Part shown: one piece after another, positions 16,678 to 24,042 of the stretch
How positions within the stretch are numbered: the stretch's first letter is position 1
How the letters are laid out: each line of letters starts with the position of its first letter
Source of the DNA: an uncultured Thermococci archaeon
GTDB lineage: Archaea; CAYQAE01; CAYVLA01
NCBI GenBank assembly: GCA_964549615.1
Contig: CAZJVP010000064.1
Location: 1 to 29,102, forward strand
Length of the DNA: 29,102 nucleotides
Direction: 5' to 3'
Notes under the pieces: model-generated
Databases searched by the model: none
Told to the model about the DNA's origin: nothing
What the model saw: the letters and a program-made list of their open reading frames with translations, nothing else
Translations under genes and position numbers: made by a program

Positions 16678-17457
16678 TTGAAGCTCTGTTGCACGAGCTA
16701 CTCGATGAGGGATTACATCACAAGAGGCAAGATGGACTTCTTCAGCTACATGGACTTCGGGCGGGACCTGGGATGGGATGCCGTTGAGCTGCACTACAGA
16801 CATTTCCCGACCATGGAGAGGGACTACCTCCGAAAGCTCAAGGCCCATGCAGTGAAGTCGGGCGTCGAGCTGGGCATAGTCTCGGGCGCCAACAACTTCA
16901 CCGTCCCCGACGCTCGAGAAAGGGAGGAGAACGTGAAGGGCCTGATCAGGGCGCTGGAGGTTGCGGAGTACCTCGGCTGCCCGCAGGTCAGGGCCTTCGG
17001 CGGGCCGGTGCCGGAAGGGATCCCAAAGGAGCGGGCCACCGAGTGGTGCATCGAGTGCTTCCGGAAGGTCATGCCGGTCGCTGAGGACAAGGGGATAGTT
17101 GTCGGGCTGGAGAACCACGGCGGCGTGACGCTGACCTCCGACGACGTCCTGGGGATCCTTCGGGCCGTCGACTCCGAGTGGCTTGGGCTGAACATGGACA
17201 CGAACAACTTCCCCAAGGAGGAGCGGTACGAGCACATGGAGAAGGTCGCGCCCCACATCGTGCAGATCCACGCCAAGGTCCTCGAAGCCGATGAGAAGAA
17301 GGGTGACCGCACGATCGACTACGACCGGGTGCTCTCCATCGCAAGAAAGGCCGGCTTCAACGGCTTCGTGTCCATCGAGTACGAGGGAAAGGAGGATGCA
17401 TGGAAAGGAGTCACGAAGGCGTCCAAGTATTTCAGAGCGGTGCTCCGCGGCAGCTAG
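16678..17457 (+). CDS. Sugar phosphate isomerase/epimerase (xylose isomerase-like TIM barrel)
   Basis: GWDAVEL, GLENHGG, NMDTNN, QIHAK, GFNGFVSIEYEG metal-binding pattern; TTTTAA about 35 nt upstream. Confidence 0.9.
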   Translation: MKLCCTSYSMRDYITRGKMDFFSYMDFGRDLGWDAVELHYRHFPTMERDYLRKLKAHAVKSGVELGIVSGANNFTVPDAREREENVKGLIRALEVAEYLGCPQVRAFGGPVPEGIPKERATEWCIECFRKVMPVAEDKGIVVGLENHGGVTLTSDDVLGILRAVDSEWLGLNMDTNNFPKEERYEHMEKVAPHIVQIHAKVLEADEKKGDRTIDYDRVLSIARKAGFNGFVSIEYEGKEDAWKGVTKASKYFRAVLRGS

Positions 17458-17511
17458 CATTCCGTGACGCGCTTCCTGCGGGAAGCCGCAGATCTTTGCA
17501 CCATCGATGCA

Positions 17512-18537
17512 CTAGGAATCAACCGTTACGAGGGCCTTCACCGGGCGGACCCTGCCCTCGTCGATCGCCCGGAAGGCCTCAGGTGCCTCATCCAGGTTGA
17601 ATCTGTGGCTCACGAGCGGACCCACGCGAATCCTTCCCTCGGCGATCAGCTCAATCGCCCCTTGAAACATCCCGCACGAGTTCCTGGATCCAAGGACGTC
17701 CAATTCCTTTCGTATCACGACGATCGGTTTGAAGGGAATGGCCTCTCCCGTCAGGCCAACGAGCACGACCCTTCCGGCCGCCGACACGACGTCGATCGCC
17801 TGCCTGATGGTCGGCTCGCTCCCCACCGCCTCGATCACGACGTTGGGGCCGTCTCCCGATGTCAGGTCCTTTAGCGCCTCAGACAGATCCCGTCTCTCCG
17901 GATCGATCGCTGCATCGGCACCAAGCCTCTTTGCAAGGGCGAGGCGGCCCGGGTCGATGTCGGATGCAATGACCCAAGCCCCCCTGGAGCTAGCCACCTG
18001 AAGGACAAGCAGCCCTATCGGCCCGGCCCCGATCACGAGAACCGTATCACCGGACGTCACGCGAGCCCGTTTGACGGCTTGACACGCGACGGCGGCAGGC
18101 TCGCACAGGGCCGCGTGATCGGCAGGGATCTTTCCGGGCACGGGGTAGACCAGCTCTTCCGGGACGCGCACGTACTCGCACATCGCCCCGTCCTCGTGGA
18201 CGCCCATCACCCTCAGATTGACGCAACAGTTGTACCGTCCTTGCCTGCAAGGATAGCAACCCCCGCACCTCAGCAGCGGCTCGACCGTTACGAGCTGCCC
18301 TTCCTTCAGCCGAGAGGTCGGGCCAACCAGCGTGCCCGAGATCTCATGCCCCGGTATCCGCGGGTAGGTCTGGAAGGGCTGCGTGCCCCGATAGGCATGC
18401 ACGTCCGACCCGCAGATCCCGACTGCCTTGACCTTGATCAGAGCCCAGCCCCTGGTCGGCCCAGCGGGAGGAGGCCTATCCTCAACCACAATCTCCCTCG
18501 GCTTCCGGAGCACCACGCATTTCAGAACGCTCACCAC
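17512..18537 (-). CDS. Zinc-dependent sugar-acid/polyol dehydrogenase (YjjN/gulonate DH-like MDR)
   Basis: GICGSD, YPRIPGHE, CGGCYPCRQGRYNCC, GAGPIG, KELDVLGSRNS. Confidence 0.92.
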   Translation of the reverse strand: MVSVLKCVVLRKPREIVVEDRPPPAGPTRGWALIKVKAVGICGSDVHAYRGTQPFQTYPRIPGHEISGTLVGPTSRLKEGQLVTVEPLLRCGGCYPCRQGRYNCCVNLRVMGVHEDGAMCEYVRVPEELVYPVPGKIPADHAALCEPAAVACQAVKRARVTSGDTVLVIGAGPIGLLVLQVASSRGAWVIASDIDPGRLALAKRLGADAAIDPERRDLSEALKDLTSGDGPNVVIEAVGSEPTIRQAIDVVSAAGRVVLVGLTGEAIPFKPIVVIRKELDVLGSRNSCGMFQGAIELIAEGRIRVGPLVSHRFNLDEAPEAFRAIDEGRVRPVKALVTVDS

Positions 18538-19523
18538 CCGAGCGCTACCTTGTAGACGTCCCTCATCCCGGTCTCTTCCAAGACGCCTCGAAGCCTGCCG
18601 GGAACCCTTCCGCGTTCAAGGTCGTGGTGAAACTCCTCGTCGACTTCCTCTTTTTCGTACAGCTCTTGGCGACGAGCTTCGTGCTGCAGGACTGGGACGC
18701 CTTCTGCCTCGGCAGCACACTGCACCCCGTCACCCAGATCGCCCGCTTCTTGAAGGTAATTGCGCCAATCCACGGACCGGAGCAGATGGTGGTCAACCAC
18801 CACCTTGGGAACTTCTGCGGCCAGCCGTCGAAGAAGCCGCAGCGAGATCTCCCTCTCCTGCCGCCGGACCCTCTCGCTGTCGAAGATCGGGGGCCCAGCC
18901 ACCACGGCAAGCCCAGGCCCCTGAGCCAGCATCCAATCGACGCAGCCCTCGTTGAGCAACTGCACATCGGATGCATGAACCATCCTTTCCCCGCCGTCGT
19001 CGATCGACGTGCCCACGACGTATCCCTGGACGGTGCCCTCCGTCCCGTGCCAGAGCGCGGGCGAGAAGGAGATCGTCGTCTTCCCGAATCCGAAGCTCCT
19101 CCCGTCGGCAATCTGAAATGCGCTGGCCTTCCGCGCGTAGACCCTACGGAACTCCCTACCCCTCTCTCCCTGTTGGTCGGTGACGTTCCTGTCAGGATCC
19201 TTGCAGAAGAGCATCTTTCCCGTGTAGGCTCGATCTGCAAAAGCCCTTGTGCTGAAGGTCGTTACAAGATCGTTGCCAAGCGGGGACAGGTGATCCAGGT
19301 GGTAGTGAGAAGTGACCACGGCATCGGCCTGGTCGCAGAGCGCAAGCATCGCGGAGCGCTTCCTGATGAGCACCTCGTACTCGACGGGGTGCGGCTTCAG
19401 TCCGGACCTGGCATGGCAGGCGGCGCTTGGGTCTATCAGGACGGCAAGCTCTGCCGTCCTGACGAAGGTGCACATCGACCGTATGCCCATGCTCTCGAAA
19501 GCCACGAGTCGGACGTCCATCAT
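18531..19523 (-). CDS. UPF0282-family metallo-beta-lactamase-fold hydrolase
   Basis: AFESMGIRSMCTFV, VLIDP, SHYHLDH, WHG, HASDVQ, VDHHLLR. Confidence 0.82.
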   Translation of the reverse strand: MMDVRLVAFESMGIRSMCTFVRTAELAVLIDPSAACHARSGLKPHPVEYEVLIRKRSAMLALCDQADAVVTSHYHLDHLSPLGNDLVTTFSTRAFADRAYTGKMLFCKDPDRNVTDQQGERGREFRRVYARKASAFQIADGRSFGFGKTTISFSPALWHGTEGTVQGYVVGTSIDDGGERMVHASDVQLLNEGCVDWMLAQGPGLAVVAGPPIFDSERVRRQEREISLRLLRRLAAEVPKVVVDHHLLRSVDWRNYLQEAGDLGDGVQCAAEAEGVPVLQHEARRQELYEKEEVDEEFHHDLERGRVPGRLRGVLEETGMRDVYKVALGW

Positions 19524-19575
19524 GGCGCGCTCCGATGCCGCCCTGAAAAATGACCCGATCCGAAGATCTAGACCG

Positions 19576-20757
19576 CTAGATCAGGCCGTTGAGCCCCTCC
19601 TGCAGGTCGGCCCGGGCGGCATTCTCGATCCTTGCTCCCCCTTTGAACAGGTTGCCGCTGATGATCGCAGATCTCATGCCCTCGCAGAGCAGGATCTGCG
19701 GCCGGTCCTTCCAGAACGTGCAGCCCGAAACGATCAGGGAACCTCCCCTGGCCTCTATCGCCCGGTAGCCCTTCTTGCTGTGGTCCCAATCGCAGAAGTT
19801 GCACTGGGAGAAACTCACCACTCCTTTTCCCCCAACCAGGGCCACCCTTTCGGCTGGTCCCCAGAAGCTGTTGTTCGCAAGCTGGACGACCCCGTCGAAC
19901 TCCGGGCCCACCTCCATCATCGCATCCGAGCCCTCGCCCCCGACCCATTCCCCGTTCGTGATGAGGAGGCCCGGCCGCTGCGTGTGCTCGACTAGAAGGG
20001 CCCTGTGCGCCCAGTCCGCAGCTATTCCTAGGAAGTTCCCGTTGCACGCCCCGTACTTGGACTTGGTGAAGCGGTAGCCCACGCGGCAACCGTAACTGAA
20101 GGTGTTCAGGTGGTATTCCCAGTCCGACCTTGCGATGACGAACGCCTCGCAGTGGTCCCAGAGATACCTGATGAGTGCCTTGTCGTCAGGTGTGTTCGGC
20201 GCCTCCGACCTAAACCAGTAGTGCGGGTTGAAGTGCACGTTCTCTACCCTGCCTATATCGCTGCATCCATCGATGACCACGCCCTTGTGCAGGGGGGTGC
20301 CGAAGACGTTGCGGATGTGGTGCAGCTCGTGCGGCTGGCTAAAATCGATGCCGAAGTACGAGTTGACCAATGTCACATCCAGCACGGATGAGTGCATGCC
20401 CGTGCCGCGTATGGATGGCGGGTACGGCACAACGCCGGGAAGCATCTGTTCTGGGTAGAGGATGGTCACCCCCCTCAGAGCAGATGACGGTCCGAGCACG
20501 ACGAGCGGCGGGCCCTTCTCATCTCCCCGTCCGCCGTAGGCCAGGAGAACCGTTCCCTTCAACCCCTGAGCGTGGTGGGGCGATTCCCAACTTCCCTGAA
20601 GCGTCACGCCCGATGGCACTTGCAGGCTTCCGTCCAACCTGTACCGACCGGCCGGGAGGAAAACCTCGCCGCCGCCCGAGGTGCCCACCCTGTCCAGTTG
20701 GCTCTGGATCATGGCCGTCGCGTCCAAGGTCTCGTTGCGAGGCGGAGACACCGTCAT
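19576..20757 (-). CDS. Right-handed beta-helix (pectate lyase 3 / GH55-like) protein
   Basis: DATAMIQSQLD…GGGEVFLPAGRY…VPSGVTLQG N-terminal signature and Asn-rich coils; start uncertain (ORF open from 20859). Confidence 0.8.
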   Translation of the reverse strand: MTVSPPRNETLDATAMIQSQLDRVGTSGGGEVFLPAGRYRLDGSLQVPSGVTLQGSWESPHHAQGLKGTVLLAYGGRGDEKGPPLVVLGPSSALRGVTILYPEQMLPGVVPYPPSIRGTGMHSSVLDVTLVNSYFGIDFSQPHELHHIRNVFGTPLHKGVVIDGCSDIGRVENVHFNPHYWFRSEAPNTPDDKALIRYLWDHCEAFVIARSDWEYHLNTFSYGCRVGYRFTKSKYGACNGNFLGIAADWAHRALLVEHTQRPGLLITNGEWVGGEGSDAMMEVGPEFDGVVQLANNSFWGPAERVALVGGKGVVSFSQCNFCDWDHSKKGYRAIEARGGSLIVSGCTFWKDRPQILLCEGMRSAIISGNLFKGGARIENAARADLQEGLNGLI

Positions 20758-20972
20758 CCTTGCGCTCAAGCCCAACACCGCAAGGTTCGATGGATCAAGG
20801 TTCTTATAACTTCCATGGACCCCGCCCGGTGCCGTCACCATCCCGAGCCATTGCGCCAACGGGCGAACGGAGGGGCGGACCCTGCGCGTTCATTCAGCCC
20901 GTGGACCGGGCGGAAGTACTTATAGCCGCTACAAGTCAGCCGGAACGGGTGTCGCGCGTGAGCCGCAAGGAT

Positions 20973-21710
20973 ATGTGGTCGGAACCCTTCAAGAGGATGG
21001 TCGTGATGGGAGAGAGCACGGTGCAGGGCGGGCCGTGGTTGACCAGGCAAGAGGATCGATGGCCCGACGTTCTGGCCCGGCTGATAGACTCCTGCCAAGA
21101 TAGCCCAGTGGAGTACCATAACAAGGGAATCGGCGCCAATGCCATATCCCCCCGCAGTCCTGGATACCCTTCGTCGGCTAAGCCAAGCGCCCTGGAACGC
21201 TATCGCAGGGACGTGATCGATCTGAAGCCCGATCTCTTCATACTGTGCTACGGGCTGAACGACATGCGCGCGGCCATGGACGTTGGGGAGTTCTCCGAGG
21301 ACATGCAGACCATCATAGGCGATGTCAAGGATGCCTGCGCACCGCTCATCGTGCTGACCACGGTCTACTATATGACGGGGTGGAGGAGCTACCCGCCCTT
21401 CGACAAGGGAAGCGTCGAGTTGGCCCTGCAGTACAACGAGGCCATCCAACGGCTTGGAATAGCAAACGGCTGCATAGTCTCGGATGTCTGGGATGCGGAA
21501 GGCGGCGCGGACTGGCTGATCAACCCCGACGGGGTCCACGCCAACTACGTGGGAAACCTGATCATCGCGCACAGGGTCTTCAGGGACATCGCCGTGAACT
21601 GCAGTTGCCTCTCGAAGGCCACCTTCGAGCGGACCAGGGACACGAGATGGGTCAGGGACACGACGGCCTCCAGGAGGCAATTAGGGGACCCCTTCACGAA
21701 GACATGGTGA
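20973..21710 (+). CDS. SGNH/GDSL hydrolase family esterase
   Basis: Block I MGEST, block II NKGIGAN, block III YGLND, block V DGVH; CTTATA about 50 nt upstream. Confidence 0.88.
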   Translation: MWSEPFKRMVVMGESTVQGGPWLTRQEDRWPDVLARLIDSCQDSPVEYHNKGIGANAISPRSPGYPSSAKPSALERYRRDVIDLKPDLFILCYGLNDMRAAMDVGEFSEDMQTIIGDVKDACAPLIVLTTVYYMTGWRSYPPFDKGSVELALQYNEAIQRLGIANGCIVSDVWDAEGGADWLINPDGVHANYVGNLIIAHRVFRDIAVNCSCLSKATFERTRDTRWVRDTTASRRQLGDPFTKTW

Positions 21711-22191
21711 CGTGGAGCCTCTATTTGCCCAACACCCACACGCCTAGATGATCAACCTCAGCCCGGCAGGCGTCCCATGCCTCAATGCTCACATGGACCC
21801 GCCTGACTCCATCCCGCACCCAGCTTAAGGACCCTGGACCTCCTCCAAGACCTTGCCCTTTGAGCCCACGACCGCTGGCCTGGCCGTGTCTTGAACCGCT
21901 CGGTCGTTCAGCGCTCCGATCTGCCCGCCCGACGCAACCAGGGACGTCGGCCTCGTGCCGCCTCTTCACCGTCACGAGCCCCTGAGCACAGAGCCTCCAT
22001 AATGCCTTCGCCTTCTAGCCCCCGAGCATGCACCGAGACGTGGCCGCGCCTACATGCCAGATGCGTCCGAACCCTGTCGGTCCTGCAGCGTTCAATCCCT
22101 TGGAGAAGTCAGACGGGATGAACCAAGAAGGAATCAACGACCGCGGACACATGAGCCGGACCTGAGATCTCGACGATCGAGAACGATCGCC

Positions 22192-22620
22192 TTAGACGCT
22201 TCTGGTCGTCAATCTTCGTATGCCTCTCAGGCGATCAAGATGCTTGTCGAAGCTGTAAATCTCGGTTAGGCCGAGCCTCGTCATGGCTACCCATGCCAGC
22301 GCGTCGTTGGCGCTCACTTCAGCTTCCTTCGCCATCGCAAGTGCCTCTTCGTAGTCCTCTCGACCGACAGGGAGTATGGCGAGATTCCCGCTGGCCGCGG
22401 CCCAGGACAGGAATCCCAGGGACTCACGCAGGCCGAGACCCGTCTCGATGATGTTCACAACCTCGGACAGATGCGCAGTCGTCATGGCGGCCTCCTCTCC
22501 GGCCTCGAGGGCCTCCACGATCGACTTTGCTTCTTCTTTCGCCTTCTTCTCCTTCGGCGTCAGATCCCTGCGAGGAACCAGGAAAGCGTGCAGGAATACG
22601 TTGGAGTCGACAAACCTCAT
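22192..22620 (-). CDS. vapC: VapC PIN-domain toxin
   Basis: FVDSNVF, LSEV, NDAL, IYSFDKHLD acidic PIN residues; ATGA overlap with the upstream antitoxin. Confidence 0.92.
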   Translation of the reverse strand: MRFVDSNVFLHAFLVPRRDLTPKEKKAKEEAKSIVEALEAGEEAAMTTAHLSEVVNIIETGLGLRESLGFLSWAAASGNLAILPVGREDYEEALAMAKEAEVSANDALAWVAMTRLGLTEIYSFDKHLDRLRGIRRLTTRSV

Positions 22621-22856
22621 CGCTTAGGCCCCAATAATGCCCTCTTCAGCGAATGCGCATCCAGAAAATCTGCAGCATCCGGCACCCTGATGCTGTCGAA
22701 GAACTCAGAGGGCTTCACAGGCTCGACCGGCAGCATCTCTATCATGTTTCCGCGCTTTCTCAGCATGACACTGTCGGACTTCCAATCCCGCCTCCACTCT
22801 GCCGGGACTGAGACCCTTCCCTGCCCGTCAAGCCTCCTCACGACCGCTTCGGCCAA
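22617..22856 (-). CDS. vapB: AbrB/MazE/SpoVT-family antitoxin
   Basis: RRLDGQGRVSVPAEWRR AbrB fold; directly upstream of vapC; GAGGAG before the TTG. Confidence 0.88.
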   Translation of the reverse strand: MAEAVVRRLDGQGRVSVPAEWRRDWKSDSVMLRKRGNMIEMLPVEPVKPSEFFDSIRVPDAADFLDAHSLKRALLGPKR

Positions 22857-23139
22857 CGCTCCTCGGCTCCCCTTGCCAGGATTCAGTTTTTCACCACAAC
22901 TTCGATTTCACCCAAATTTAACTCTTTTGGCAATGAGCAACGTCGCCGCTCCCAGGCGTTCATGAGGGTCTTGGAAAGCGCGAGGAGCAGGTGACTTCAT
23001 AGTCCCCACGGACAACTCTTGATCCCCGTTTCAGCCATCGATCGACTCAACTGAGCGGCGCACGGACTGATTTGGTGCAGGCTCACCCAGGCCCGACCAG
23101 ATCTTCCACGCACTGCGCTATGATCTGACTACCCAAGAA

Positions 23140-23162
23140 GGGTTAACAAAGCAATTTAACCC
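23140..23162 (+). promoter_or_regulatory. Perfect inverted repeat GGGTTAA-N9-TTAACCC overlapping the TATA box of the nifB-like gene
   Basis: 7-bp arms at 23140-23146 and 23156-23162, ending 14 nt before the TTG start. Confidence 0.6.
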
Positions 23163-23176
23163 AGGCGGATGAGTCT

Positions 23177-24004
23177 TTGCCATTGCGAGAACTTCATCCC
23201 TGCTTCTCTGAGCAGGCCCACTTCCAGCATGCCAGGGTTCACCTTCCAGTGGCTCGAAAGTGCAATCTGGGCTGCAACTACTGTGAACGGCTGGTTGGCG
23301 GAGCTTCCTATCACGCTTACCGCCCCGCGGTCTGCGATAGGATCATGTCACCGGCCGAAGCGCTATCTTGCGTCAAGCAATGCCTCCTCACGGTGCCAGA
23401 GCTGAAGGTTGCGGGCATCGCAGGCCCGGGCGAGCCCCTTTGCAATGAGGAGACCTATCGCACGTTGGACCTCCTACACAGATCGTGGCCCGAGCTGATC
23501 CTCTGCCTGAGCACAAACGGCCTCCTTCTTTCGGAAAGCGTCCCGAGGCTCACCAAGCTTGGGGTCAGGACGGTCACCGTCACGGTCAACACAACAAACC
23601 CCACGACCGCCGCGGCGATCTACAGCCATGCCATCATCGATCGACATCTGCTGACAGGGCTAGCCGCGGCAGAAGCCATCGTTGAGAGGCAGATCCCTTC
23701 TGTCAGACGGGCCGCGGACGCTGGCCTGCTCGTCAAGGTCAACACCATCCTCATGCCCGGCATCAACGAGCGGGAAATTGGTCGGATAGCTAGGGCCGCG
23801 CGGGACGCCGGGGCCTGCGTCCAGAACATCATCCCCCTGATCCCACTTGGCAGATTCGGTTCGTCAAGGCCTCCCTCATGCCTCGAGCTGAGGGAAGCAC
23901 GCCGCAAGGCAGGCCGCTTCCTGGATCAGTTCGCGCTATGCCGACAGTGCCGCGCGGATTCGGTCGGCATCCCGGGGCGTCTGGACTCAACGCTAGGCCG
24001 GTGA
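23177..24004 (+). CDS. NifB-like radical SAM protein (single-domain archaeal type, no NifX domain)
   Basis: HPC, RVHLPVA, CNLGCNYC, AGPGEPL, LCLSTNG, TVTVN, VKVNT, CRQCRADSVG; the ExRP motif is altered to AYRP. Confidence 0.88.
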   Translation: MPLRELHPCFSEQAHFQHARVHLPVARKCNLGCNYCERLVGGASYHAYRPAVCDRIMSPAEALSCVKQCLLTVPELKVAGIAGPGEPLCNEETYRTLDLLHRSWPELILCLSTNGLLLSESVPRLTKLGVRTVTVTVNTTNPTTAAAIYSHAIIDRHLLTGLAAAEAIVERQIPSVRRAADAGLLVKVNTILMPGINEREIGRIARAARDAGACVQNIIPLIPLGRFGSSRPPSCLELREARRKAGRFLDQFALCRQCRADSVGIPGRLDSTLGR

Positions 24005-24042
24005 CCCAGGTACAAGATCCAGCCCCTCTGCGTGAGCGGTGG

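Noticed and set aside
20370-20972. Long N-terminal extension of the SGNH ORF (446 aa in the track)
   Set aside because: Pro/Arg-rich, overlaps the opposite beta-helix gene and spans the divergent promoter.
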